Of a DNA stretch of 64,000 bases, positions 10,545 through 20,763 are shown one piece after another. Source of the stretch: an uncultured cyanobacterium (GTDB lineage: Bacteria > Cyanobacteriota > Cyanobacteriia > Cyanobacteriales > CAWCAG01); assembly GCA_963793425.1 (NCBI GenBank), contig CAWCAG010000005.1, positions 352,001-416,000 of the forward strand. Direction: 5' to 3'. Under the pieces are notes generated by a model. The model was not told the origin of the DNA. It ran no database searches and saw nothing but the letters and a program-made list of their open reading frames with translations. A program made the position numbers and the translations under genes. Positions within the stretch are counted from its first letter, which is position 1, and each line of letters opens with the position of its first letter.

Positions 10545-11312
10545 ATGTGGGCAATATTAAGCGGAATTGAAGGAAATATCCTAGCTTACGAAGCAGTGTT
10601 GGCAGATATCAACCGCCAGCGCGTCCCAGTAGAAGCATTGTATATTTTGGGCGATATCGTAGCAGCTAACCCAGATAGCGAAAAAGTAATCAAACGAATT
10701 CAGAATCCTTTACCGGTCGAATTAGAACCCCAAGTATGCGTTGGCTGGTGGGAAGAACAATGTTTTGCCTTATACGCTGTAGGTTTAACAGCAGAGCCTA
10801 CAGAATTAATAGAACGCTTTGGCAAAGAAACCGCTAAACTTCTTTGGGATTCGGTATCTCGTGAAACCGTACAGTGGCTACGCAACTGTCAACACCTCGA
10901 TTGGATATGCCGAGGAAACCTCGGCATCCCTCTCGGTCATTTTGGCTTCTTTGAACTGGATTGTTTATTAATTCACGGTAGCAGTATTAGCGTCAGCGAT
11001 GAGTTAACCCCTGAAACCCCACCCTGGCAGATGCTAGACCGCTTGCAGAGAGTACAAGCAAATCATCTCTTTTGTGGCCGTTCGGGTCAAGTATTTGAAT
11101 ATCAGCTACAAGGGGGTTCGGTCAACAGTTCTTTAACGACTTTAGATCAACCGCATCCTGTGCAAACTATTACTGCACCTAAAAGAAGAGTTGTCGGGGT
11201 AGGCAATGTAGGCAGGGAACCAGGAGAGGCGACTTATACCCTTTATAGTCCGTACAGCGATATTCTGGAATTTAAAACAGTATACTATGGCAGCAAAAAG
11301 GGGTTTGGGTAA
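10545..11312 (+). CDS. Metallophosphoesterase-fold protein with degenerate metal ligands
   Basis: SGIEGN, LGD, GWWE, IHGS, CGRSG, GVGNVG in place of canonical MPE motifs. Confidence 0.8.
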   Translation: MWAILSGIEGNILAYEAVLADINRQRVPVEALYILGDIVAANPDSEKVIKRIQNPLPVELEPQVCVGWWEEQCFALYAVGLTAEPTELIERFGKETAKLLWDSVSRETVQWLRNCQHLDWICRGNLGIPLGHFGFFELDCLLIHGSSISVSDELTPETPPWQMLDRLQRVQANHLFCGRSGQVFEYQLQGGSVNSSLTTLDQPHPVQTITAPKRRVVGVGNVGREPGEATYTLYSPYSDILEFKTVYYGSKKGFG

Positions 11313-12233
11313 TTAAATAACATCTTTATGAGTAATTTCTATCATCATATCTTTACTAAGATTTTCAATTTTTGCTAATCTAATAGCTTGTCTTTCAAGA
11401 GTTTTTTCAAATATATTTCTCACTAATCGACCATTACCAAAACTAGAGTTCCGATTATTATAAAGTTGTTTAAATTTATCTAGTAATTGGTTCTCTGCTT
11501 GAGATGTTGTTTGATAGTGATTGTGTTCGCACAATTTTAAAAAGATATCTAATAACTCTTCTGGTAGATAATCTGTAAATTGAAGATATCGAGTAAATCT
11601 AGACTGTAACCCAGGATTCGATGTAATAAATCTATTCATTTCATCTGGATATCCAGCTACTATTACTACTAAGCGATCGCGATAATCTTCCATTCTTTTT
11701 AGTAGGGTGTCGATTGCTTCTTGACCAAAATCTTTAGGTGAATCTAGTGGCTTTAGGGTATAAGCTTCATCAATAAAAAGCACTCCATCCAAGGCTGATT
11801 CAACTATTTTTTCTACTTTAGGTGCAGTGTGTCCTATATATTCAGCAACCATACCTGATCGATCTGTTTCGATGCAATGACCTTTTTTTAGAATACCTAA
11901 TTCTTTGTATATTTTACCGATTAATCTTGCTACAGTGGTTTTACCCGTTCCAGGCGATCCACAAAAAACTAAATGTAAAGTTAACGGTGACTTTGGCAAA
12001 CCATGTTCTTCTCTTTTCTTTTGAATATTTAAAAAAGCTACCAAATTATTAATTTCTTCTTTTAGTTGTTTCAATCCTATTAATTGATTTAATTCTTTTA
12101 AAATGTGTTTTAAATTACATTGATCGATGATGTTTTCTTGATTGGGTAAAGAATTTATGTTTTTCTTTAATGCTTCTAATTCTGCTTCAATTTCAAGATT
12201 GTCCCATTTGAGGTCGTTAAAACGATAGCTCAT
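11313..12233 (-). CDS. AAA+ ATPase, SpoVK/CbbX-like
   Basis: [43 protein letters not shown] at 12233 preferred as start. Confidence 0.88.
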   Translation of the reverse strand: MSYRFNDLKWDNLEIEAELEALKKNINSLPNQENIIDQCNLKHILKELNQLIGLKQLKEEINNLVAFLNIQKKREEHGLPKSPLTLHLVFCGSPGTGKTTVARLIGKIYKELGILKKGHCIETDRSGMVAEYIGHTAPKVEKIVESALDGVLFIDEAYTLKPLDSPKDFGQEAIDTLLKRMEDYRDRLVVIVAGYPDEMNRFITSNPGLQSRFTRYLQFTDYLPEELLDIFLKLCEHNHYQTTSQAENQLLDKFKQLYNNRNSSFGNGRLVRNIFEKTLERQAIRLAKIENLSKDMMIEITHKDVI

Positions 12234-12393
12234 AGTCAACTTTTGATAATACTTTATTATATGGTTATCATAATAGCGTAAATTGATCGTAAAGTTTGAT
12301 TGAAGATTTTTCTCTTCCAATGGCAATTCCGCGCATCTGGCGTAGGGCATTAATTGATTTAATACAGTCACAGCCAAATAAGTACTGTTAATG

Positions 12394-13422
12394 TCACACC
12401 ATTCGCCACCTCATCTCTTGACCTGCCCATAAGGGAACAAGTCCAGATTCAGGAAAGGGAACTTCATCGGGAATACGCCAGGTTTTTTTGGTCAAAGTAA
12501 TCTGTTCAGTATTGCGGGGGAGTTGATAAAAATCCGCTCCATAGAAACTGGCAAAAGCTTCAAGTTTATCGAGGGAATTAGCACTCTCAAAAACTTCTGC
12601 GTATAGCTCCATAGCGTGGAGAGCGGAATAGCAACCCGCACAGCCACAGGAACTTTCTTTGCTATTGCGGGGATGAGGGGCGCTATCAGTACCTAGAAAA
12701 AACTTAGGATTGCCAGATGTTGCTGCTTGCAAAAGTGCCAGGCGATGCTTCTCTCGTTTCAAAATTGGTAAACAATAAAAATGGGGGCGAATACCACCTT
12801 GGAAGATAATATTACGACTAAACAATAGGTGTTGTGGTGTAATGGTTGCAGCGATCTTGTTGGTTGCTAAGACAAACTGCACGGCATCGGCGGTGGTAAT
12901 GTGTTCGAGTACCACCCGCAGGTTGGGAAATCGCTTCTTGAGGGGAATCAAATGTTTCTCGATAAATACCTTCTCGCGGTCGAATATATCAACATCTCTA
13001 TCGGTTACTTCCCCATGTAGTAATAAGGGTATATCTACTTGCTGCATCACTTCAAAGACGCGATCGCACTTCCGAATGTCCGTCACACCGAAATCTGAAT
13101 TGGTGGTTGCACCCGCAGGATAGTACTTTACTGCTTTAACAAACTGGGATGCTTTAGCTGCGACAATTTCTTCGGGGCTAGTATTGTCAGTGAGGTAGAG
13201 GGTCATCAGTGGCTCAAACTGTTTGCCAGTAGGAATTGCTGCGGTGATGCGATCGCGATAGGCAGCAGCATCAGCTACCGAGCGCACTGGAGGCTTTAAA
13301 TTCGGCATGATGATAGCGCGGGAAAACTGACGTACTGTATGGGGCAAAACTGCTTTGAGTGCTTCGCCGTCCCGTAGATGCAGATGCCAGTCGTCGGGTC
13401 TGGTGAGAGTAAGATTTTGCAT
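12394..13422 (-). CDS. pyrC: Dihydroorotase
   Basis: [36 protein letters not shown]. Confidence 0.97.
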   Translation of the reverse strand: MQNLTLTRPDDWHLHLRDGEALKAVLPHTVRQFSRAIIMPNLKPPVRSVADAAAYRDRITAAIPTGKQFEPLMTLYLTDNTSPEEIVAAKASQFVKAVKYYPAGATTNSDFGVTDIRKCDRVFEVMQQVDIPLLLHGEVTDRDVDIFDREKVFIEKHLIPLKKRFPNLRVVLEHITTADAVQFVLATNKIAATITPQHLLFSRNIIFQGGIRPHFYCLPILKREKHRLALLQAATSGNPKFFLGTDSAPHPRNSKESSCGCAGCYSALHAMELYAEVFESANSLDKLEAFASFYGADFYQLPRNTEQITLTKKTWRIPDEVPFPESGLVPLWAGQEMRWRMV

Positions 13423-13520
13423 TTTTCTATAGCTTGATGATTGTTTGGTCGATTTAGTAATTAACAATAAATCTAGTTTGCCTAACTTACCTTGGTAATT
13501 GTCATGGATTTATCTGCTCG

Positions 13521-13557
13521 AATGATAATCGTTGCTATATAATGAGAATGATTATCG
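13521..13557. promoter_or_regulatory. Paired Zur/Fur-type operators in the pyrC / flavoprotein divergon
   Basis: AATGATAATCGTT (13521-33) and TGAGAATGATTATCG (13543-57) around TATAAT. Confidence 0.65.
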
Positions 13558-13576
13558 TTCTTTTTGTTGAACCACA

Positions 13577-14788
13577 GTGAAATTACCTGGCTATATAGAC
13601 CTAGCAATTGTTGGTGCAGGAGTTCAGGCTCTAACTTTAACCACCCACCTCTTGCAAAAAAGTGCGAAGCATTATTCTAAAGTCCTGGTTTTCGATCCTA
13701 CTCAAACTTGGCTGAGTCAATGGCAACAACAATTTGCAGCACAACAGATTCCTTACTTACGATCACCTGCGGTTCATCATCCCGATCCCGACTCCTATCA
13801 ATTGAGGGCTTTTGCCGAACATAGGCGTAACGAATTTTTTCCTCCCTATGATAGACCAGGAACAAAGCTATTTAATGATTTCTGTCATGAAGTAATTCAT
13901 CGCTGGAAATTGGCAGATAAGGTTTATCCTGCCCAAGTAATCCAGATTCTACCGATTGAACTTGCTTCTCGTTCTCGATTTCAATTGGTTTTAAATACGG
14001 GAGAAACGATTATTGCCCGTAGAGTGGTACTAGCTACTGGAAGTGGCAAAGTGCAGTTTCCTAATTGGGTAGAAAGCATTACCTCAGATTATCCGTTAGA
14101 TAAATTGTGTCATTCTCAACAGGTAAACTTAAACCAACTTAACCTAACAGGAGAAAGGATTTTAATCGTTGGTGGTGGTTTAACTAGCGGGCATTTAACC
14201 AAAGGTGCGATAAATTTGGGTGCTACTGTTACCTTGATGACCAGAAAACAGTTACAATCAAAAATCTTCGATGCCGACCCTGGTTGGTTAGGGCCAAAAT
14301 ATCTCAAAGACTTTCACGCCGAAACCGATTGGCATGAGCGTTACCAGCAAATACAGCAAGCCCGTAATGGGGGTTCGATAACTCCCGAAATGATGCTGCA
14401 ATTAAGAAAAGCATCTCGTGAAGGTAAGGTGAGGATCGATGAATGCTGTCAAGTCAGCGAAGCACATTGGCAAAATGATCTTTGGCAAGTTTGTTGTCAC
14501 GATGGTAGCAAGCATCAGTTTAACCGTATTTGGTTAGCTACTGGTACGAGATTCAATGTCACAGAGCATCCGTTATTACAAAACGTACTAAATGCTTATC
14601 CAACAGAAATAGTCAACGGCTTACCCGTACTAGATGAACATTTACGTCTGCCCAAGTCCAACTTTTTCATTATGGGTGGTTTAGCCGCTTTGCAAATTGG
14701 TCCTGTTGCCAGAAATATTGGCGGTGGGAAAATGGCTTGTCAACGCATTGTGCCAGCGATTGTTAAACCTAGTTTGGCGATCGCTTGA
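13577..14788 (+). CDS. FAD/NAD(P)-binding oxidoreductase (N-hydroxylase/monooxygenase-like)
   Basis: IVGAGVQ, LRSP, LATG, IVGGGLTSG, second LATG motifs. Confidence 0.8.
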   Translation: MKLPGYIDLAIVGAGVQALTLTTHLLQKSAKHYSKVLVFDPTQTWLSQWQQQFAAQQIPYLRSPAVHHPDPDSYQLRAFAEHRRNEFFPPYDRPGTKLFNDFCHEVIHRWKLADKVYPAQVIQILPIELASRSRFQLVLNTGETIIARRVVLATGSGKVQFPNWVESITSDYPLDKLCHSQQVNLNQLNLTGERILIVGGGLTSGHLTKGAINLGATVTLMTRKQLQSKIFDADPGWLGPKYLKDFHAETDWHERYQQIQQARNGGSITPEMMLQLRKASREGKVRIDECCQVSEAHWQNDLWQVCCHDGSKHQFNRIWLATGTRFNVTEHPLLQNVLNAYPTEIVNGLPVLDEHLRLPKSNFFIMGGLAALQIGPVARNIGGGKMACQRIVPAIVKPSLAIA

Positions 14789-14895
14789 TGTTTTTGTTAG
14801 AGAAGCGATCGCGCTTTCTAACCTACTTGACACCAACTAGCACCACAATAACTATTTTGTTAGTAGGCAAAAGTCTAGTTAATAAGAAGAAATAT

Positions 14896-15375
14896 TCAAT
14901 GGGTAATCTCTACTATTTTCTCTTGCCCATCTATAGAGAAAATTGCTATGCTATCCCAACCCGACCGTACATCAGCCAAACAACAAATACTAGCAACTTT
15001 TAAGCTTCCTAATTCTACTACTCCAACTCGACCTAAATAATGGCAATTTTTTACCAGTTTACCTCCTTGGGATATTTGTTCTAAGAATCCGTAAGGTTCA
15101 TGGTTGCCACCAATAAACCATATAGGCCAGGGAAAGCTAACTTGTTCGTGAAAGAAATCTGGAAAATTGCCTAGCTTCCGGTACTTTGAGGGTGCAGCCA
15201 TAGTAGACAAATCTGCTTCGTGACGATGAGGCTCAAAGTCACCAACTTGTAAAATAAATTCCAAATTTCTCCCTGTTTTTGCTTCCCAAGAGTGCAATAA
15301 GTTGACCATTTTGTAGAAATGTCCATGAACATCCCCAACGGCGGCAAAGAAGCGTTTTGATTCTTTTGTAGCCAT
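14896..15375 (-). pseudogene. Dbr1-like metallophosphoesterase, internally deleted
   Basis: GDVHG, [39 protein letters not shown]; later His motifs of the fold absent. Confidence 0.65.
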
Positions 15376-15476
15376 TTTATTTAAAATTATTCAAGCAAAA
15401 AGGAGATTAAAGAGGTTTTAGTCTTAATTTAAGTGTAAATTTTATTTATACAGAGTTTAAATCTATTTTTGCCAGT

Positions 15477-15873
15477 ATGGATAAACTAAACATGGCTGCC
15501 CAGGCACGGGACTTTATGAAGCAAAGCCCCTATGGAGTGTCCCATTTCCATGATAAGGAAGTAATGCTTTTGCCAACGGTTTTTCCTCCAGATACTAATA
15601 CGCCTTTGTTGGCTGAGATAATTTCAGGGCTAGCTGAAAAAATGCTAGCAACTAAGGATACCTGTCGTGTTTATGAGATGGGGGCAGGTAGTGGGGCAGC
15701 TATAGTGTACGTGGCACAAAATCCCCAAGTCCAAGCTTTTGCTTCTGATATTTCACCTATGGCGGCGTTGAATATCAAGGTGAATGCTCTTTGGTGGGGG
15801 GGTAGATTGTCAAGTTTACGAAGGAAGTGTTTACGAAAATACCCCAAAAGGAGAAGAGTATGACCTCATTTAG
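15477..15873 (+). pseudogene. Class I SAM-dependent methyltransferase (HemK-like), frameshifted and truncated
   Basis: VFPP, EMGAGSG, SDIS; G7 run at 15796-15802; alternative frame continues VDCQVYEGSVYEN...YDLI then stops. Confidence 0.7.
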
Positions 15874-16037
15874 ATGTTGGTCAATTGCGATTTTTTACTG
15901 TTAGAAAGAAATTAAACAAAAGGCTAACGTTAATGAATGATTGACTTAAACTTGCCTAGAGTGCGAATTTTTTTAGCTAATTTTACTCAACTAAGGAAAC
16001 CGCAAGGTAAATTGTATGGGTTGTTACTGAATAATTT

Positions 16038-17504
16038 ATGTCAGCTAAACTAGTTGCAATTGGTGATAGCCTTACTCAAGGTTTCCTGAGTGGAAGTGTT
16101 CACAAAACCGAGTTTTCTTTCCCGGCTATGGTCGCTGAGAGCCTTTCAGCCGAAGAGTTTCGGCTTCCAAATTTTAGTGGTGAGGGGGGCTTACCTATCA
16201 ATCTTGAGAAACTGCTGAGGTTATTGGTAGAAAGATATGGTTCTAAGGTAAATTGGACAGATGTTGTTCCTGCTGCTTTAAGCGCTCGGAGTTTGTTAGA
16301 CAGAGTTGAGGATTATTGGGAAAGGGGAGCAGGAAGTCGTGCTTCAGCTACAGGGCCTTTGCACCACAACCTGGCTACATTTAGCCTATTGTTAGGAGAC
16401 TGCGACAAACTTACAGAAGCTATTTGTCGTCGCGCTTTGCCCGAACCGAAAGATGATTTTATTAATCAAATTCCTGAATCAGCAATGTATCGTGCGGCGA
16501 GGAGGACGTTGAATCCTAGCTTCGCCCCAGAATATGCTCATTTATCTCCCTTAGAAGCAGCAAAGGCGATCGCACGACAGGAAGGCGGAATTGATAACCT
16601 GATTTTTTGGTTAGGGGCAAATAATTGTCTTAGTACCGTAACTAATTTAGAAATTTATTGGTCTACTTCAGAAGAGTTAAATCTTTTACCTCACCAAAGA
16701 CAAGAACAAAAACTTAAAACTAATTTATGGCGACCAGAACATTTTCAAAAAGCGTTAGAGGGTATTGCTCCTAAAATTACAGCCATAGGAGCTAAAAACG
16801 TCTTTATTGCTACTATTCCCCACATTACAATTCCCCCCATAAGTCGCGGGGTAACACCCGGTAAAAAAGGTGAGGCAGCCCTTAGCAGCGATGGTTACTA
16901 CGAGTGTTATACTCATTTTTGGATTTGGGATGATGATTTTTCTCGCGCACCAGAGCGCTATCCTTATTTAACCCGCGAAGATGCTCGTACTATCGACTCT
17001 ACTATTGATGAATACAACCAACTACTACGGCAAGAGGCTCAAAAGCAAGGTTGGCAGATTGTTGATATTTGTACCATGTTGGATAACTTAGCTTTCCGTC
17101 GTCAGGGAGGAGATGTTTTATATCAGTTTCCTCCCGAATTAGTTGAAGCGATTCGTACCAATCCTCAAACTCAAAATCGCCTAAGCCCCCAAGGACAACC
17201 TTTAATTGATACCCGCTTTATTCATATAGATCCTAATGCTTCTGAGACAACGGCAAGATTTGAAGGAGGACTGTTTAGCCTGGATGGTTTTCATCCTACT
17301 ACCATCGGTTATGGCTTAGTCGCTTACGAATTCTGGCAAGTCATGTCAAAAGTAATTCCCACCAAACCCTTGAATTGGCAAAGGATTGTTGCTGCTGATA
17401 CCCTCTTAACTCAGCCCCCAGCAAATTTAGAGAACCTACAAAGTACTCTTGGTTTCCTTTACCACCGTACGCCATTGCGTCAGTTAATTGAAAGGTTAGG
17501 TTAA
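16038..17504 (+). CDS. SGNH/GDSL-type hydrolase
   Basis: AIGDSLTQG, LGANN, FSLDGFHPT blocks. Confidence 0.75.
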   Translation: MSAKLVAIGDSLTQGFLSGSVHKTEFSFPAMVAESLSAEEFRLPNFSGEGGLPINLEKLLRLLVERYGSKVNWTDVVPAALSARSLLDRVEDYWERGAGSRASATGPLHHNLATFSLLLGDCDKLTEAICRRALPEPKDDFINQIPESAMYRAARRTLNPSFAPEYAHLSPLEAAKAIARQEGGIDNLIFWLGANNCLSTVTNLEIYWSTSEELNLLPHQRQEQKLKTNLWRPEHFQKALEGIAPKITAIGAKNVFIATIPHITIPPISRGVTPGKKGEAALSSDGYYECYTHFWIWDDDFSRAPERYPYLTREDARTIDSTIDEYNQLLRQEAQKQGWQIVDICTMLDNLAFRRQGGDVLYQFPPELVEAIRTNPQTQNRLSPQGQPLIDTRFIHIDPNASETTARFEGGLFSLDGFHPTTIGYGLVAYEFWQVMSKVIPTKPLNWQRIVAADTLLTQPPANLENLQSTLGFLYHRTPLRQLIERLG

Positions 17505-17520
17505 GATTATTGAGCATTGC

Positions 17521-18408
17521 TTAAGCTACTTTTTCTAATTGCCAAAGAATTTGGTTTCCTTCCCGCCTGACTCGTGAAACGAGCCAATTTCGCCAAGGCC
17601 AATTATCTCCCCTGCTAGTAACGGCACTGGCATTTACGTCCATTAAATCAGCTAGTTCAGCACTGCTGATTAAATAACCTTTAGTTGATATTTCTTCAGC
17701 AATACGTAAGGTTTCGATTAAGTTTTGTAGGTTAGTAACTCTGACCTCACGGGGAAGTTGAAATTCTTCTGTTGTACCAGCAGATGATTCCATCATGTTT
17801 ATATCTGAATTAGATGAGTTAGTTTGCTTATCCCTGTAAAGTATCTTTGCTCTACCCTTTGAGTCTGATAACCCTGTTACCGAGAGGGGATCAAATTGAG
17901 CAAAATTTTCTGCATTTTCTGCCAGCAAAGGAGAATATTTTTGTTGGAGAGATACAGAACTGCCTTGGGCAAAACCACGGGCGATCGCATCGCAACGTTC
18001 ATTACCTTCATTACCACTATGACCCTTAACGTGTTTCCAGATCACTTGCTCAGAGTTTAACTGATCTAGTTTTTCCCAAAGGTCTTGATTTTGTACAGGT
18101 TTGCCTTGAGAATTTTGCCAACCCTTTTTTTTCCAGCCTTTAATCCACTGAGTTATACCTTTGCGGACATACTCACTATCTGTGTAGATGGTAGCGGTTT
18201 CAGTTTGCTCACAAGCTCGTAAAATTTTTAAAGCTGAAACCGCAGCTTCCATTTCCATACGATTATTAGTGGTTTGAGCCGCGCTACCACCCATTTCAAA
18301 TACTGAATTATCTGTAAAATAGACTACAACTCCCCAACCTCCTGGGCCAGGATTACCTGTACAAGCTCCATCAGTATAAAGACTTTCGATTATTCGAGAA
18401 GATTCCAT
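17521..18408 (-). CDS. rnhA: Ribonuclease HI with cyanobacterial C-terminal extension
   Basis: YTDGACTGNPGPGG, TNNRME, TDSEYV, VKGHSG..GNERCD. Confidence 0.93.
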   Translation of the reverse strand: MESSRIIESLYTDGACTGNPGPGGWGVVVYFTDNSVFEMGGSAAQTTNNRMEMEAAVSALKILRACEQTETATIYTDSEYVRKGITQWIKGWKKKGWQNSQGKPVQNQDLWEKLDQLNSEQVIWKHVKGHSGNEGNERCDAIARGFAQGSSVSLQQKYSPLLAENAENFAQFDPLSVTGLSDSKGRAKILYRDKQTNSSNSDINMMESSAGTTEEFQLPREVRVTNLQNLIETLRIAEEISTKGYLISSAELADLMDVNASAVTSRGDNWPWRNWLVSRVRREGNQILWQLEKVA

Positions 18409-18679
18409 TACTTTGCACCATAATGAATGACAAAAGGTTTTTGGTGATTAGCCGTTTATTGTTTACCAATTAATAATTTGAGTCTGTGATAAAGATTGAG
18501 TGTTTCAGTTGATTTACTCTGTATTGTATAGCTGTTCTTAATTTATTTGTAAACAAGACTATGAAGCATATAAAACATTAATTAGCAACCACCATTTTGT
18601 ATATCCAGAAGTTTTGCTCCTGGTGTAAGGGGTATACTTAATAAGTATTATTCATTCGTTAAAAAAATCAATTACTTAA

Positions 18680-20014
18680 ATGACTATTCCTCGCACAATC
18701 TGCTTAGGTTTTTTGACAGTTATTGCTATCGGTACAATTTTATTAATGATGCCGTTTTCTACTAGTACAGGTGATTGGAATGATCCTATTAAGGCGTTAT
18801 TTACAGCTACCTCTGCTGTTTGCGTAACAGGTCTGATTGTAGTGGATACAGGTAGCTATTTTTCTTTTTGGGGACAGTTATTTATTCTCTGCCTGATTCA
18901 AATTGGTGGACTTGGCTACATGATGATTACTACTTTTCTTGCTTTGTTGATTAAACGCAAGTTTGATTTTAGGCAAAAATTTGCTATTCAGCAGTCTTTC
19001 GATAGGCCGTTTCTACAAGGTAGCCAGAATTTAGTCCGTTCTGTACTGGCAACCACACTTATTTTTGAACTGATAGGCATTTTCTTACTGCTCACAGTTT
19101 TCTCTCAAGATCATAATTTTGCTTCTAGCCTTTGGTTGGCTATTTTTCATAGTATTAGCGCCTGGAATAATGCTGGGTTTAGCTTGTTTTCTGATAGCTT
19201 GGTAGGCTATCGTTCTTCAGTTGTTCTTAACTTAGCTATTTCTCTTTTAATTATTTTTGGTGGTATTGGCTATCAGGTGATTATTGAAATGTATCTGTGG
19301 TTTCTTAGTAAAATTAAAGGTAATCAAAAAAAATATTGTTTTTCCCTTAACTTTAAAGTAGTTACTACTACCACTTGTGTTCTTCTCGGCTTGGGTGCAG
19401 TAGCTTTTTTGGCCACAGAATTTCATAATACAGAAACATTAAACTCTTTACCTTTATCAGGAAAACTCATAGGGGCATGGTTTCAGTCTGTTACTACTAG
19501 AACAGCAGGTTTCAATAGCATAGATATTGGTGCTATGACCGGAGCAGGTTTATTTCTTACTGTAGGGTTAATGTTTATTGGTGCTAGTCCTAGTGGTACT
19601 GGAGGAGGGATAAAAACCACTACACTAGGAATCATCATTGGCTGTACAAACTCTATGCTCCGAGGGAACGATCAAGTACGGATGTTTAAACGTACAGTAC
19701 CTACGCCTTTGATTCTCAAAGCAGTGGCAGTGGTTTTTGGCTCTGGTATTACTATTGCGATCGCAACTATTTTACTTTCTTTAACTGATGCTAATTTACA
19801 ATTACTGAGGATTGCTTTTGAGGTAGTCTCAGCTTTTGCTACAGTAGGACTTTCTACTGGCATTACTGATAGTATTTCTTCTTTCGGACAGATAGTCTTA
19901 GTATTTACGATGTACATCGGTAGAGTAGGAGTGTTGCTCTTTATGTCAGCTATTTTAGGTGACCCTGAACCTAGTAGAATTGAATATCCTAAAGAAAATT
20001 TATTAGTAGGATAA
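18680..20014 (+). CDS. ktrB: Ktr/Trk K+ uptake membrane subunit
   Basis: SAVCVTGL, SAWNNAGF, TTRTAGF, SAFATVGL pore loops. Confidence 0.9.
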   Translation: MTIPRTICLGFLTVIAIGTILLMMPFSTSTGDWNDPIKALFTATSAVCVTGLIVVDTGSYFSFWGQLFILCLIQIGGLGYMMITTFLALLIKRKFDFRQKFAIQQSFDRPFLQGSQNLVRSVLATTLIFELIGIFLLLTVFSQDHNFASSLWLAIFHSISAWNNAGFSLFSDSLVGYRSSVVLNLAISLLIIFGGIGYQVIIEMYLWFLSKIKGNQKKYCFSLNFKVVTTTTCVLLGLGAVAFLATEFHNTETLNSLPLSGKLIGAWFQSVTTRTAGFNSIDIGAMTGAGLFLTVGLMFIGASPSGTGGGIKTTTLGIIIGCTNSMLRGNDQVRMFKRTVPTPLILKAVAVVFGSGITIAIATILLSLTDANLQLLRIAFEVVSAFATVGLSTGITDSISSFGQIVLVFTMYIGRVGVLLFMSAILGDPEPSRIEYPKENLLVG

Positions 20015-20067
20015 ACTAGATAAATGATTAATGGTAAATATTTAATGAGCAAGGATAAGAGGTAGAA

Positions 20068-20763
20068 GTGAATCTACGTTCCCTAAGTATTATAAATAGT
20101 TTCCATCAAGACAATCACCAATTTGCGGTGATTGGTTTAGGACGTTTTGGCAGAGCGGTTTGTCATGGACTAAAAGAATTAGGCTATGAAGTTTTGGGTA
20201 CGGATTTAGATGATAAACTTGTTCATCAGGTTATCTTAGAAAAAGCTGTTTCTCACGCAATTAAATTAGATTCAACTGACCCTGTAGCTTTAAAAGAAGC
20301 AGGTATTTTTGAATTTGACATAGTAATTATTGCTATTGGTAACTATGTAGAAGAAAGTATTATTACAACTTTAAATGTTAAAGAAGGAGGAGTTAAGCAC
20401 GTAATCGCTAAAGCTTCTTCTGAGATACACCGCACTTTATTAGAAAAGGTAGGAGCAACCCAAGTGGTTTTTCCTGAAAAAGAAGCAGGTTTAGAACTAG
20501 CGCAAAAGTTAACTAAACCTGCTATTTTAGATCGCTTTGAACTTGATCCAGAACATAGTATTGTTGAAGTTCTTATCCCTGAAGAATTCCACGGTAAAAC
20601 CATTGCTCAACTACAGCTACGCAACTGCTATGGCTTGAATTTATTAGCAGTTGGTCAAGGAGAACATTTTGAAATAAATCCTCAACCAACTCAAGTACTT
20701 TCTCAAGGTTTAGCAATGGTGGTGATTGGTTCTAATAAAGATATTAAACGTTTGCCAATTTAG
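20068..20763 (+). CDS. ktrA: Ktr/Trk RCK regulatory subunit
   Basis: VIGLGRFG motif and TrkA_C domain; follows ktrB. Confidence 0.9.
   Translation: MNLRSLSIINSFHQDNHQFAVIGLGRFGRAVCHGLKELGYEVLGTDLDDKLVHQVILEKAVSHAIKLDSTDPVALKEAGIFEFDIVIIAIGNYVEESIITTLNVKEGGVKHVIAKASSEIHRTLLEKVGATQVVFPEKEAGLELAQKLTKPAILDRFELDPEHSIVEVLIPEEFHGKTIAQLQLRNCYGLNLLAVGQGEHFEINPQPTQVLSQGLAMVVIGSNKDIKRLPI

Noticed and set aside
12234..12377. N-terminal extension of the AAA ORF
   Set aside because: Likely non-coding or remnant; ATG at 12233 is the more plausible start
17521..17800. C-terminal extension on RNase H as a novel fusion
   Set aside because: Such extensions are common in cyanobacterial RnhA
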